Shown here piece by piece: positions 1 through 11,191 of a DNA stretch of 64,000 nt (the stretch's first letter is position 1; every line of letters starts with the position of its first letter). Source of the stretch: Endomicrobiales bacterium. GTDB lineage: Bacteria; Elusimicrobiota; Endomicrobiia; Endomicrobiales; CAWCFT01. A program made the position numbers and the translations under genes. The stretch spans positions 1 to 64,000 of the forward strand of contig CAWCFT010000012.1 in assembly GCA_963794945.1 (NCBI GenBank), given 5' to 3'. The notes below the pieces were generated by a model. That model was not told the DNA's origin, ran no database searches, and saw nothing but the letters and a program-made list of their open reading frames with translations.

Positions 1-38
1 CAGATTGAAAAACAGATTAATTAAGGAGGAATATTTTA

Positions 39-293
39 ATGCAGTTGAACAAGAAAAATCGTAGAAAGCTACAAGACGCACCCTACCGACACGGTCGCCT
101 GAAGTGCAGATAGCGCTGCTCACGGGGCGCATCAACCACCTAAGCGAGCATTTCAAGAAGTTCCCCAAGGATTTCACATCCAGGTCCGGCTTTTTGAAAA
201 TGATAGGCCAGCGCCGCAGGCTTATAGACTATTTAAAGAAGCACAACAAAGAGAAATACAAAGAGATCATTGAAAAACTTGAGTCAGAAATAA
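39..293 (+). CDS. rpsO: 30S ribosomal protein S15 (frameshifted in this sequence)
   Basis: The ORF at 104 reads [45 protein letters not shown], the S15 core. AAGGAGG precedes the ATG at 39 and THPTDT lies upstream in another frame. The likely true stop is TAA 291-293. The gene is directly upstream of pnp. Confidence 0.93.
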
Positions 294-294
294 A

Positions 295-431
295 TTTTGC
301 GTTCAACGATGATGCAGTCATGGACACCCCTTTCATCAAATTACAGTTTTCAGTCCCGCGGGGCGGGGTTGTGATCTGTAATTTGTTTTAGATTTGAGGA
401 GCTCCTTATACAGCGTCAGTTAGAAGCAAAA
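295..431 (+). promoter_or_regulatory. Long stem-loop in the rpsO-pnp intergenic leader (candidate RNase III processing site)
   Basis: 295-315 (TTTTGCGTTCAACGATGATGC) pairs imperfectly with 413-431 (GCGTCAGTTAGAAGCAAAA). An inner stem CAAATTACAG (337-346) / CTGTAATTTG (376-385) is perfect. Confidence 0.5.
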
Positions 432-443
432 AAGGAGAACGAT

Positions 444-2527
444 GTGGAAATCGTTAGCAATAGTATTGAGATCGGCGGAAAGAAGATAACAGTAGAAACA
501 GGCAAACTCGCGAAACAGGCGAACGGCGCGTGCACGGTTCGCGTTGGCGACACTGTCGTTTTGGTAACCGCTGTAGCGGCGAAAGAGCCCAAAGAAGACT
601 GCGATTTTATTCCTTTAACAGTTGATTACCGCGAACGCACCTACTCAGCTGGAAAGATACCCGGAGGTTTTTTTAAAAGAGAAGGCCGGCCGCGCGACAA
701 CGAAACTCTTAAGAGCAGGGTCATAGACCGTTCCATTCGCCCTCTTTTCCCGGAAACATGGCACAATGCCACCCAGGTAGCGGCGACAGTTATTTCTTAT
801 GACGGCGAGAACGATTCCGACCTCGCTGCCATGCTTGGAACATCAATCGCCCTTTTGATATCCGACATTCCTTTTGTAACACCCATCTGCGCGGTCCGCG
901 TGGGGAAAATCGATGGCAAGCTCGTCATCAACCCGACGATACCACAGCAGAAAGCTTTCTGACCTTGACCTTGTTTTGAGCGGCACTGAAGAAGCGCTCG
1001 CGATGGTAGAAGCAGGAGCCAAGGAACTTCCCGAAGCCGAGATGATGGAAGCCTTAAATTTCGCGCACGACGAAGTAAAAAAGCTTTGTGCTTTCCAGAA
1101 CCAGTTCAAGCGCAAAGAAAAAATGAAACCTGCGGAGCTTGTTATCGATCCGGCTATCAGGGCCGATGTCGAATCGATGGCCGCCTTAAAAGTTGAAGAA
1201 ATACTTGTTATAGCTGAAAAATCTTACAGGAAAACTGCCTGGGATGCACTTAAAAAGGAAGTGAAAACTTCTCTTGAAGCGAAATATCCCGAGACAGGAG
1301 CTATAGTCAGCTACCTGCTTGAAGACCTTTTCTACCGCAAAGCGAGAAAACTCGTTCTGGAGAAGAGGGTACGCACTGACGGCAGAAAGTTCGACGAGAT
1401 AAGGCCGATTAACTGCGAGATAGACCTTCTTCCAAGGGCGCACGGTTCGGCGCTTTTCACGAGAGGCCAGACACAGGCGCTCGCGACGGTCACGCTCGGT
1501 AACCCGAGCGACATGCAGATAATGGACGAGCTCAGCGGCGAATTCAAAGAGCGTTTCATGCTGCATTATAACTTCCCGGGGTTCGCGACAGGCGAAGCCA
1601 AACCGGAACGTTCGGCAGGCAGAAGGGAGATAGGCCACGGCAATCTTGCGAGGCGTTCACTCCTGCCTCTCCTTCCCAGCGAAGACGAATTTCCTTATAC
1701 AATGAGGGTTGTTTCCGACATACTTGAATCGAACGGTTCATCGTCAATGGCTTCGATCTGCGGCGGAAGCCTCGCGCTTTTCGACGCCGGCGTGCCGATG
1801 AAATCAAGCTGCGCGGGCATTGCCATGGGCCTTATTAAGGAAGGCGATAACTATGCTATCCTTACCGATATCATGGGCATGGAGGACCACTTGGGTGACA
1901 TGGATTTCAAAGTTGCGGGAACAAGAAAGGGCATAACTGCCCTTCAGATGGATATTAAGATATCCGGGCTTACGGCCGAGATAATGTCCAAGGCGCTTGA
2001 ACAGGCTCGCGCGGGAAGGATGTTCATACTTGACAAGATGGAAGCCGCTATCGGAGCTCCCAAGAACGAGCTTTCGAAGTTCGCTCCAAGAATGGTATCC
2101 GTCAATATTCCTCAGTCTAAGATAGGCGAACTGATAGGCCCAGGCGGTAAGAACATACGCCGCATACAGGAAGATTCCGGAGCCACGATAGAAGTCAACG
2201 ATGAAGGAAGGGTCTTTATCTCCAGCCCTGAGAAAGCAGCTGTAGACCTCGCTAAACAGATGGTTGAGTACCTTACGGCAGAACGTCGAGGTGGGGAAAA
2301 ACTACAAAGGCAAGGTTACAAGGATACTAAATTTCGGCGCGTTCGTAGAGATACTTCCCGGAAAAGAAGGGCTCGTGCACATTTCGCAGTTGGCCGAGGG
2401 GCACGTTAAAAAGGTTGAAGATGTCGTTCACGAGGGTGACGAAATAACTGTTAAGGTTAGTGAAATAGACAGCCAGGGAAGAGTGAACCTCAGCAGGAAA
2501 GCCGTATTGTTGGAAGAAAAGCATTAA
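444..2527 (+). CDS. pnp: Polyribonucleotide nucleotidyltransferase (PNPase), split by two frameshifts (~955, ~2281)
   Basis: Three consecutive ORFs give RNase PH domain 1 ([21 protein letters not shown]), RNase PH domain 2 ([28 protein letters not shown]), KH (IGPGGKNI) and S1 ([20 protein letters not shown]). Confidence 0.97.
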
Positions 2528-2533
2528 ATAAAT

Positions 2534-2644
2534 GGTTTAAAAGCTCAAGAGTTAAAAGGTTCAAAGGTTTAACACAAAAATGGTTCGTTTTCTTCATTTG
2601 TTTGGTGTTAACTTTGAACCTTTAAACCTTGAACATTGAACTTT
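2534..2644. repeat. Inverted repeat built from degenerate ~8-bp units (AGGTTCAA / TTGAACCT)
   Basis: AAAGGTTCAAAG (2555-2566) is the reverse complement of CTTTGAACCTTT (2612-2623), with further degenerate units on both sides. Confidence 0.75.
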
Positions 2645-2660
2645 CAGTTAAGGTGGATCA

Positions 2661-3130
2661 ATGAAAACTCCAAGCAATGAAAAAGAACCCGAGTTAAAAG
2701 ACAGAGTATCTTCGCTTTTCGAACTGATGAAGACCGAGAAGATCGAAGAGTTAGAGCTAAAGGATGCGGCCTCTTATATTTATCTCAAGAGAAAAGGCAG
2801 GGCGCCGAAACATCAGGTTGTTAACGCAATCGCGCCGGTAGCTCCTGCCGTTCAGGAAAATGCTCAGGAATCGACAGAAAAAGCAGTGGCTGGCGAGACC
2901 GTAAAGTCTCCCATTACTGGAATCTTCTACCGCGCCCCCTCTCCTGCCTCCCCTTCGTTCGTTAAGGAAGGAGACGTAGTTGCTGCGGAAAAACCTTGTG
3001 CATAGTTGAAGCCATGAAAGTGATGAATGAAGTTAAATCCGAGGCCGGTATGAAGATATTGAAGATACTTGTCGAGAATGGTAAACCGATAACGGCGTCT
3101 CAGGACCTATTCCAGATAGAAAAACTTTAA
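2661..3130 (+). CDS. accB: Acetyl-CoA carboxylase biotin carboxyl carrier protein (frameshift ~2990)
   Basis: VKSPITGIFYRAPSPASPSFVKEGDVV, then in the next frame LCIVEAMKVMNEVKS (biotinyl-lysine motif), ending at TAA 3128-3130. Confidence 0.9.
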
Positions 3131-3196
3131 GGAACATTCCGGTAAACTCCGGCACAAGGTCCCTGTGCCCGTGATATACAGAATGAAACAGAAAAT

Positions 3197-3398
3197 ATGC
3201 AAGAAAAAATAGGATCAACAGCAGGCCAGGTTTGGGAGTATTTGTTTAAGAACGGTACGGTTACTGCTATAAAGCTGAAATCCGAGCTTGGGATATCCAA
3301 TACAGCGCTTTACCTCGCGCTTGGTTGGCTGGCTCGTGAAGATAAGATAGAAGTGGCCGAATCAGAACCATTCCTTTAAGATATCGCTAAAGCAGTAG
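3197..3398 (+). CDS. Small winged-helix protein (DUF2582-like)
   Basis: IGSTAGQVWEYL...LYLALGWLAREDKI is typical of this family. The ORF stops at 3379; a probable frameshift extends it to TAG 3396-3398. Confidence 0.75.
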
Positions 3399-3429
3399 TC
3401 AAAGGCGCAAGCACCAGCCTGATAATAAT

Positions 3430-5630
3430 ATGTATTTCCGCGTCAAAGCAAAACCACAAAAATATTCTCATTTCAGGGAACTGAGGGGCGCAGCCTTTCT
3501 CCTTATCTCATTCCTTTACGGATACTGCCTGGTCTTGCCGGACCAATCCGGCGCGATCGGTAAAGCGATAGCTAATATTTCATTCGGGATATTCGGTTTT
3601 GCTGTCTACCTTGTCCCGCTTCTTGTTATCTGGGCTGGTGTTAACCACCTTAGGTCTTCCGTTCCGCTGCGTGTCAGGCTTGACTCAATATGGAGCCTGC
3701 TGATGATGGTCATTGCGTCAAGCTTTTTTTCAATGATAGAACTTGCCGCAAAAGGCGCTGCGAGCTCGGTGTTTGGCGGATGGGTGGGGCTTAAACTTAA
3801 CCCGTTCTTCTACCGTCTTTTCGGTACGTATTTATCTTTAGCGCTTACCGCTGGCCTGTTCATCTATGTTTCCAGCCTCCTGCTCCGGGTGTCTTTAAGA
3901 GAACTCGCAATAGCCGCTTGGCGCAAACTCGAAGAAGACTACAATCAGTGGCAGGATGCCAGAAAGAACCTCTCAAAAATACTGCCTCCTAAAATAAGGG
4001 TACCGGAACCTAAAAACCAGCGGCCAAACCCTGTGTTAGAAAATAAGCAGGAACCAAAAATAATTTCAACTGTTAGACAGCAGCCTACCCCGGCTCCGCA
4101 AAGTCTGCTGAAAAGAGGCTACAGACCCCGCAAAAGTCGGTCCAGCCAGAACTGCCAGTGACCGTGATGCCTTTTGAGTATAAACTGCCGTCGGTCGATT
4201 TCCTTTCCGATGACAAGGCCCACCATAGTTCAGAACAAGACAAGGAAGAACATCTTGCCAACGCCGGGCTCCTCACAAAGATATTGAAGGATTTTAATAT
4301 TGAGGCCAAAGTAAAAGAGATCATACCGGGTCCAGTTGTTACACGCTACGATATTGAGCTTGCGCCAGGAATAAAGATCCAGTCGGTGGTCGCTTTAGGC
4401 GAGAACATCGCCCTTTCGATGAAGGCTCCTTCAATAAGGGTAGTACCCATACCGGAGAAATCCGCGGTTGGTGTGGAAGTGCCAAATTCGGAAAGTAGCC
4501 TCGTTGGTTTAAAGGGTATACTGCAGAGCCATGATTTTCAATCTTCCAAGTCGCTGCTTACTCTGGCGTTAGGTAAGACAACCGACGGCATAGCCTACGT
4601 TACCGACCTCGCCCCAATGCCGCATCTTTTGATAGCGGGAGCCACGGGTTCCGGAAAGAGCGTCGGAATTCACAGCATAATACTTTCCGTGCTTTACAAG
4701 GCAAGGCCAGATGAAGTCAAGTTCATGCTGATAGACCCCAAGCGCCTCGAGATGCCTGTCTACAGGGGGCTTCCTCACATCTATGACCCTAGAGTTCCAG
4801 CCGACAAAGCCGATATAATAACACAGCCAAAAGAGGCCGCAGAGTCGCTCAAGAAACTGGTCAAAGTAATGGAAGCTAGATACGAGAAATTTGCAAGGGA
4901 AGCCGTACGCAACATAGAAGGTTACAACGAGAAAATGGAAGCCCGCGGATTGCAGAAAGAATTTTATATAATGGTTATAATTGACGAGCTTGCTGACCTT
5001 ATTCTTATAGCCACCAAGGAAGTGGAAGACTCCATACAGAGGCTCGCGCAGATGGCCCGCGCCGTGGGTATTCACCTGATACTTGCTACCCAGCGGCCTT
5101 CCGTAGACGTTATAACCGGCGTGATAAAGGCTAATTTTCCTGCTAGAATAGCCTTCCAGACTACATCTAAAGTCGATTCAAGGGTAATTCTCGATTCTAT
5201 AGGAGCGGACGCACTGCTTGGCAGAGGCGACATGCTTTTCCTTCCTTCAGGTGAATCCCGCCCGATAAGGCTTCAGGGCGCTTTTGTTTCCACAAAAGAG
5301 GCCGAACTTGTAGTTGATTTTATAAAGAAACAGAACGTTCCGGCCCAGTATGAGTACCTGAGCGTCGCGGCCAAGGAGAGCGATAACGCTGCCGGATCAG
5401 CGGAGAATACGCAGGAACTTATAAGTGCGCTAAAGCTAGTCCAGGAAAGAAAGCGGGTCTCCCAGGACCTTCTTAAGGCTCACTTCGGTTCGTCGGCTAG
5501 GGCGACCAACCTCTTAAGCATTTTAGAAATGAAGGGCTTCATACACAAGCCTGAAGGAACCAACCGCTGGACCATATATTTTGACAAGATAAACGATTAT
5601 CTCAGTACATCTCAGGGGCCGCTATCATGA
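3430..5630 (+). CDS. ftsK: DNA translocase FtsK/SpoIIIE (frameshift in linker ~4090-4160)
   Basis: An N-terminal multi-TM domain is followed by GPVVTRYDIELAPG, Walker A PHLLIAGATGSGKS, IIDELADL, RLAQMARAVGIHLILATQRPSVDVITG and a C-terminal winged-helix-like segment. Confidence 0.96.
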
Positions 5631-6281
5631 ACATCAAAAACATTATTTTCGCAATCATATTCACCGCTGCCGTTCCGGTGTTTGCATCAGCTAAGGACCT
5701 GACCGTTGACGAGATCACGGCGAAGATGGAGGAAGCGGATAATAGTATTACTGCCCTTGAATTCGATTTTAAGCAGGAGATAGCTTACAACCTTACTAAT
5801 GAGAAACAATCAAACAACGGGAAGGTATCATTTTTAAAGCCAGATTATATACACGTGCGCCAGTTCACACCGCTCGAACAGGAGATAACGGCTAACGGCA
5901 AAAAGGTTCTGGATATACACCCCTAAATACCGGCAGGTGATTGTAGACAACTGGAAAAAATGGTCAGCTAACAGCTTTGTGCCGGTTTCCATTATAAATT
6001 TCGGCAATGGGTTCAAGGACCTTAAGAAGAAATATGTCATTACCTTCGAAGGAATGGAAGATAACAAATACATACTTCTGTTCAAACCGGTTTCCGGAGA
6101 CAGTTTCAATATGAAATTCTGGGTTGAGAGCGGCAGCTTTATACCAGTGAAGCTTTTGATCTCTGGAGATAACGTAACCATAAAGACAGAGATGATAAAC
6201 AAAACGGTCAACCCTAAGATCGATAAGAAGTTGTTCAATTTTAAGGCTCCGGCCGGAGTTGAGGTCATGGACCTTCCGTAA
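5627..6281 (+). CDS. lolA: LolA-like outer-membrane lipoprotein carrier (frameshift ~5905)
   Basis: Signal peptide, FKQ, GKVSFLKPD, and a C-terminal FNFKAPAGVEV motif, in the conserved ftsK-lolA gene order. Confidence 0.8.
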
Positions 6282-6407
6282 AGCTAGCCTCAGAAGCAAG
6301 CCATGGCAGTGATGGCAATAAGGCTTACGATGAGGTGAAATCCCGCCTAGTCCGCGGGTTACGCGCGGTAGTAAAAGCTGCGGAATAAAGTCAAAGGCAG
6401 AGCGAAT

Positions 6408-7172
6408 ATGGAAAAGATAGGTAAGATACTTAAGGAAAAAAGAGAAGCGCAAAGGCTTACGATCGACGCTGTCAACTCCAGCACGCGCATACCGCTGAAG
6501 TTCGTAACCGCTCTGGAAGAAGATAATGTTAAAGGTTTTCCAGCCGAGCTTTATTACATTGGCTCGCTCAGAAAATACGCTCAGTTCCTGGGCCTCGATG
6601 ACAACCTTCTTGTGAGCGCATATAAAGAAGAAAAAGCAAACAGAGAGAAGCCCGCCTGCCCTCCTAAGCGTGAGCCCTGTGCGAAACCTTCTCGCAAGTT
6701 CTGGGGATATTCCCTGGTAGCTATCGCGGTAGTATTCCTCATAGCGTATGCATGGCTTAACATAGAACTTGAAAAAATATCAAAACAGGTTGTTGTAGTA
6801 AAACCCAGAATAGTTCACCGTGTTAAGCAGGCGCAACCTAAGCAAACCGCAAAAGAATCTAGGCAGCGGGCGCAGGCGGCTGTGCCGAAACCGGCGGTAC
6901 AGGCCGGGAAAGCTCTGGTGCTTGAAATAGAGGCAGTAGATTCTTCCTGGGTGAAAATAACATCAGATGGGAAGGTTGAGTACTCAGCGATACTCGAAAA
7001 AGGCACGAAGAGAGAGTGGACAGCTGACTCTAAGTTCGGGCTCGTGGTAGGCTATGCCCCAGGGGTGAGTGTTAAGCTTAACGGGAGAACTATCGACGTA
7101 AAGAAATACGCCAAGCAGGATATAAGCGAGCTTACACTGACAACGGAAGACCTTAATAAAATTAAAGATTAA
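6408..7172 (+). CDS. rodZ: RodZ-like protein (HTH, TM, DUF4115)
   Basis: IGKILKEKREAQRLTI...ALEE...YYIGSLRKYAQFLGLD HTH, one TM segment, and a C-terminal SWVKITSDG...VGYAPGVSVKLNG domain; located upstream of rimO-pgsA. Confidence 0.85.
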   Translation: MEKIGKILKEKREAQRLTIDAVNSSTRIPLKFVTALEEDNVKGFPAELYYIGSLRKYAQFLGLDDNLLVSAYKEEKANREKPACPPKREPCAKPSRKFWGYSLVAIAVVFLIAYAWLNIELEKISKQVVVVKPRIVHRVKQAQPKQTAKESRQRAQAAVPKPAVQAGKALVLEIEAVDSSWVKITSDGKVEYSAILEKGTKREWTADSKFGLVVGYAPGVSVKLNGRTIDVKKYAKQDISELTLTTEDLNKIKD

Positions 7173-7240
7173 AAATTGAAGATTTCTAAGATTTAAACAC
7201 CTTTAAATATCTTTGTTTTGCGATCTTTAAATTTTCAATT
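7164..7240. repeat. Degenerate AAGATT / AATCTT-unit inverted repeat
   Basis: AATTGAAGATTTCTAAGAT pairs imperfectly with ATCTTTAAATTTTCAATT. The same style of element occurs at 39050-39130. Confidence 0.5.
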
Positions 7241-8533
7241 ATGAGTAAAATATGCCTGGTCACCCTTGGGTGCCCCAAAAATATAGTAGAAGGTGAAAGT
7301 ATAGCAGGGCTTCTCCGGGCAGGTGGGTGGGAGCTCACTACAAACCTGACTGATGCAGATGCCGCTGTTATCCATACCTGCTCGTTCATATCCGATGCCA
7401 AAAAAGAATCAGAAGACGTAATAAACTCGCTCTCGCGCCTCAAGATTAAAGGAAAACTCAAAACTATTGCCGTTACCGGCTGTCTTGTCCAGCGGGAAGG
7501 CAAAAGCCTAAGAGAAAAATTCAAAGGTGTGGACGTGTTTATAGGTACTGGCGCGCTTGGATCTCTCACCGATCTGCTCGAAAAGGGCGCCGGCCTGGAT
7601 ATAACAAGGCCAGGCGGCCTGCTTGAATCCAGCGTTCCAAGGCTTCTCTCATCAAGCCTGCCAAGCGCTTATCTGAGGATAGCCGAGGGCTGTAATCATA
7701 AGTGCAGTTTTTGCATCATACCCGGCTTAAGGGGGAGATATAAAAGCAGGAAAAAAGAAGATATCCTGTTTGAAGCGAAAGACCTAGCTGATTGCGGCAT
7801 TAAAGAGATCAATATTATCGCGCAGGACACAACGCTCTATGGCAAGGATATTTATAGTAAGCCTTCGCTGCCGGTCCTTTTGAATGATTTGGCAGGGATA
7901 AAGGGTTTCAAGTGGATCAGGCTTATGTACGCTTTCCCAGGTACTGTCACCGGCGGCTTGATCGATGTTATTAAGAACGAAGAAAAGGTATGTAAGTATA
8001 TAGATATGCCCGTCCAGCATATTAATGACAAGGTATTGAAACTCATGGGCCGTCCGACAGGTGCAAAAAACGTGATAAGGCGGCTTAAGGATCAAATCCC
8101 AGGGCTTACTCTACGTTCTACAGTTATAACGGGATTTCCCGGAGAAAAAGAAAAGGAATTTAGAGAACTCGCCGATTTTGTTTCTGAAGGCTGGTTCGAC
8201 CATCTGGGCGTTTTTGAATACAACCCCATAGAAGGCACGCCGTCCAGCCGTTTATCCGGCAGGCCGAGCGCGCGAGTCGCTGGCGCAAGAAAAAAAGAAC
8301 TGATGTTGAGGCAGCAGAAAGTTGTCAGGTCAAGGTTCGAGTCAATGAAGGGCGATACAGTAGAGGTAATTATCGAGTCCAGACAGGATGATGATAGATG
8401 CACCGGACGGGCGTCGTTTCAGGCGCCGGAAATAGATGGCGGCATGATAATAAAAGGAAGCCGCAGGCTGGGAAGTTTCGTTAAAGTAAAGATAACTGGA
8501 AGTAAAGGTTACGATCTTAAGGCGGATTTATGA
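7241..8533 (+). CDS. rimO: Ribosomal protein S12 methylthiotransferase
   Basis: VTLGCPKN N-terminus, radical SAM motif AYLRIAEGCNHKCSFCIIP, and QAPEIDG within a C-terminal TRAM domain. Confidence 0.95.
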   Translation: MSKICLVTLGCPKNIVEGESIAGLLRAGGWELTTNLTDADAAVIHTCSFISDAKKESEDVINSLSRLKIKGKLKTIAVTGCLVQREGKSLREKFKGVDVFIGTGALGSLTDLLEKGAGLDITRPGGLLESSVPRLLSSSLPSAYLRIAEGCNHKCSFCIIPGLRGRYKSRKKEDILFEAKDLADCGIKEINIIAQDTTLYGKDIYSKPSLPVLLNDLAGIKGFKWIRLMYAFPGTVTGGLIDVIKNEEKVCKYIDMPVQHINDKVLKLMGRPTGAKNVIRRLKDQIPGLTLRSTVITGFPGEKEKEFRELADFVSEGWFDHLGVFEYNPIEGTPSSRLSGRPSARVAGARKKELMLRQQKVVRSRFESMKGDTVEVIIESRQDDDRCTGRASFQAPEIDGGMIIKGSRRLGSFVKVKITGSKGYDLKADL

Positions 8534-9148
8534 ATCTCGCTAACAAACTCACACTGCTCAGGATATCTATAGTCCCTTTCCTTATAGTGTTTATGTACCT
8601 AGACAACCTTTGGACAAGAATAATCGCGCTGCTGCTGTTTACGATAGCTGCCGTAACTGATGTTTATGATGGTATGGTAGCCAGGCAGCAAAAGACCGTG
8701 ACTACTCTCGGTATTTTCCTCGACCCGCTTGCCGACAAACTTTTGATATCCGCTGCGATGATATCTTTTGTTGGATCAAAAAGAGCTGCACATACCGGCT
8801 TGGATGGTCATTCTTATCATATCCAGAGAATTCATTATTACGGGGCTGCGCTCCATGGCCGCGACAAGGAATATCGTTATACCAGCCATGAAATCCGGAA
8901 AATTCAAAACCACTTCGCAAATAGTCGCTATAATCACTTTAATGGTCGTGCTGATACTTAATTCCGCCTTGTGGCACTACAAAGGCATACGGCCTACCGT
9001 ACTTCTTGACCGTTCAGGCTGGAACTATTTTCTGGGCTGGTTCCTGGTGAAGCTCCCTTACTGGATGATGCTAATGGCAACGACATTTACGATATTATCA
9101 GGGATCACTTACTTGTACGCCCACAAAGAAATCTTCAAGGAGAAGTAA
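8530..9148 (+). CDS. pgsA: CDP-diacylglycerol--glycerol-3-phosphate 3-phosphatidyltransferase (frameshift ~8775)
   Basis: MNLANKLTLLRI and the CDP-alcohol motif TDVYDGMVAR...LGIFLDPLADKLL; the second frame continues IISREFIITGLR...GKFKTTSQ. Confidence 0.93.
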
Positions 9149-9149
9149 A

Positions 9150-9650
9150 ATGAACGAAGACCTGGATAAAACCCAGATATTCAAGGAAGAGGGCGCCAAA
9201 GAATTCATTATTAAAACTTTTGCATCGGGGCTCGGCACTGGGTACTCTCCGGTCGCATCCGGCACCGCGGGCAGCCTTTTAGCTGTCGCTATTTGGTGGT
9301 TTGTACCGGAAATGGCCGCCTTAAAAATAGCAATTACGTGTGTTGTCCTGGCTGCTTCAATACCGATAAGCACCGCGGCGGAACTTCTGTACGGTAAAAA
9401 GGACGATTCACGGATAGTTATTGACGAGGTTGTGGGGATGTGGGTCTCAGTAGCGTTTCTGCCGCACACTATTAAATATTACGCTGCTGCGTTTTTGCTT
9501 TTCAGATTATTTGACGTTATAAAACCTTTCGGTATAAGAAAGATACAGTCGCTTAACGGCGGATGGGGGGTAGTTATGGATGATTTTTTTGCCGGCCTGC
9601 TCGCCAATGTTGTAGTAAGGATAGCGGCTTACGCTGCTAGTTTCATATGA
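9150..9650 (+). CDS. pgpA: Phosphatidylglycerophosphatase A
   Basis: GYSPVASGTAGS, DDSRIVIDEVVG, FRLFDVIKPF and GVVMDDFFAG motifs. Confidence 0.95.
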   Translation: MNEDLDKTQIFKEEGAKEFIIKTFASGLGTGYSPVASGTAGSLLAVAIWWFVPEMAALKIAITCVVLAASIPISTAAELLYGKKDDSRIVIDEVVGMWVSVAFLPHTIKYYAAAFLLFRLFDVIKPFGIRKIQSLNGGWGVVMDDFFAGLLANVVVRIAAYAASFI

Positions 9651-10276
9651 ACGATATATTTGGTCTTGAGATAATTCCAGTAGGCCTGCTAGAAACCAAC
9701 TGTTATCTTGTTTCCGATACGTCCAGCCTGGAAACGCTCGTAATAGACCCAGGCGGGGATAGTGAAAAGATAATAAAGGCGATAAAGAATAAAGGATTAA
9801 AACCTGCCGCAATAGTAAACACCCACGGGCACGCCGATCATACGGGCGCAAATGAAACGATTAAAAAAACTTTCGGCATAAAGATATACATACACAGGCT
9901 GGAGGCGGAATTTTTGAAGGACCCGTTCCTTAACGGCTCTAGCCTCCTTCCCGGAAGCATGGCTTCAGTATCTACTGCCGATGTACTGCTGGAGGATGGT
10001 TCTGAGCTTACAGCTGGCGGGCTTGTATTTAAGGTGGTCCACACTCCAGGCCACACGCCCGGTGGCATATGCCTCGCACTGCGCGGCGCCATATTTACCG
10101 GCGACACACTTTTCAGAGGCGATATTGGCCGCAGTGACCTTGCCGGCGGGGATGAAGAAGCTCTTGCAAGGTCACTTAAGATATTCTCAAAATATCCACC
10201 GGCGACAGTCATTTACCCGGGCCACGGCCCCAAATCGACCCTTGAGCATGAATTTTCTGATAACCCTTACCTCTGA
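9647..10276 (+). CDS. MBL-fold metallo-hydrolase (glyoxalase II/YcbL-like)
   Basis: THGHADH, TPGHTPG, FTGDTLF and YPGHG motifs. Confidence 0.92.
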   Translation: MNDIFGLEIIPVGLLETNCYLVSDTSSLETLVIDPGGDSEKIIKAIKNKGLKPAAIVNTHGHADHTGANETIKKTFGIKIYIHRLEAEFLKDPFLNGSSLLPGSMASVSTADVLLEDGSELTAGGLVFKVVHTPGHTPGGICLALRGAIFTGDTLFRGDIGRSDLAGGDEEALARSLKIFSKYPPATVIYPGHGPKSTLEHEFSDNPYL

Positions 10277-10303
10277 TCCATTCATAGTCAGAAGGGGATA
10301 TAT

Positions 10304-11191
10304 TTGACAGAAAACAATGACAGGTACATAAAGGAATTCACTTCCTACATACTCTCCGAAAAAGGCCTTTCAAAAAATACGATATCGGCTTACCGTTCCG
10401 ATCTGAAGAAATATTTCGCTTATCTTGATAAGTCATCTCTTGCTGTTGATACGATCAGCCACAACGATATCACGGAGTTCCTGTGGCATGAAAAGCAAAG
10501 GGACAGTTCGCCCCGCACTATCTACCGCCTGATAGAAACACTAAAACAATACCACCGCTTTCTTGTGTTTGAAAACCTGGTAAAAAAAGACCCCGCAAAC
10601 GGCATAGCGCCGCCGAGGATACCGGTCAAGCTTCCCGGGCTGCTAAGCAGCAGGGAGGTAGAAGATCTCATTTTCGTGGCCTCCGGAGAAAAAGAAAGGG
10701 AAGTAAGGAACCGCGCGATGATCGAGGTCCTTTACGCGACGGGACTCCGCGTCTCCGAGCTTGTCGGCCTTGACATCGAAAGTGTCGATCTCAAACTCGG
10801 GTATGTCCGCGTGATAGGCAAGGGCAACAAAGAAAGGATAATACCTGTAGGGAAAACCGCCATATTGTGGATAAAGAAATATCTCTCTATGCGCAAGACG
10901 AACGTTTTTGGGGAAAAGGGCCTTTTTTTAAGCAGGTTAGGCAAAAAATTGTCACGCGTCGAGTTCTGGAGGCAGATAAAAAAGTACGCGAGGCTCGCGG
11001 GTATAGCCAAAAAAATATCGCCCCACACGCTGCGCCACTCCTTTGCCTCACATATGCTGGTAGGCGGGGCCGACCTGAGGTTCGTCCAGGAGATGCTCGG
11101 GCACAGCTCTATAGCAACGACCCAGATATATACGCACGTTGACGGCGAGCGGCTTAAAGAGCTACATAAGAAGTATCACCCCAGAGGGTGA
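10304..11191 (+). CDS. xerD: Site-specific tyrosine recombinase XerD
   Basis: EKGLSKNTISAYRSDL, LYATGLRVSEL, GKGNKER, SPHTLRHSFASH, VQEMLGHSSIATTQIYTHV and a C-terminal HPRG. Confidence 0.92.
   Translation: MTENNDRYIKEFTSYILSEKGLSKNTISAYRSDLKKYFAYLDKSSLAVDTISHNDITEFLWHEKQRDSSPRTIYRLIETLKQYHRFLVFENLVKKDPANGIAPPRIPVKLPGLLSSREVEDLIFVASGEKEREVRNRAMIEVLYATGLRVSELVGLDIESVDLKLGYVRVIGKGNKERIIPVGKTAILWIKKYLSMRKTNVFGEKGLFLSRLGKKLSRVEFWRQIKKYARLAGIAKKISPHTLRHSFASHMLVGGADLRFVQEMLGHSSIATTQIYTHVDGERLKELHKKYHPRG

Noticed and set aside
6282..6400. SRP RNA, hammerhead ribozyme or fluoride riboswitch
   Set aside because: The diagnostic motifs (SRP GGAA tetraloop domain, CTGATGA...GAAA core, fluoride consensus) are not properly present. 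It is kept only as an unassigned possible structure.
10304..11191. Tyrosine recombinase as a prophage or island integrase
   Set aside because: Its length and motifs match housekeeping XerD, it sits among core genes, and no att sites or phage genes are visible.
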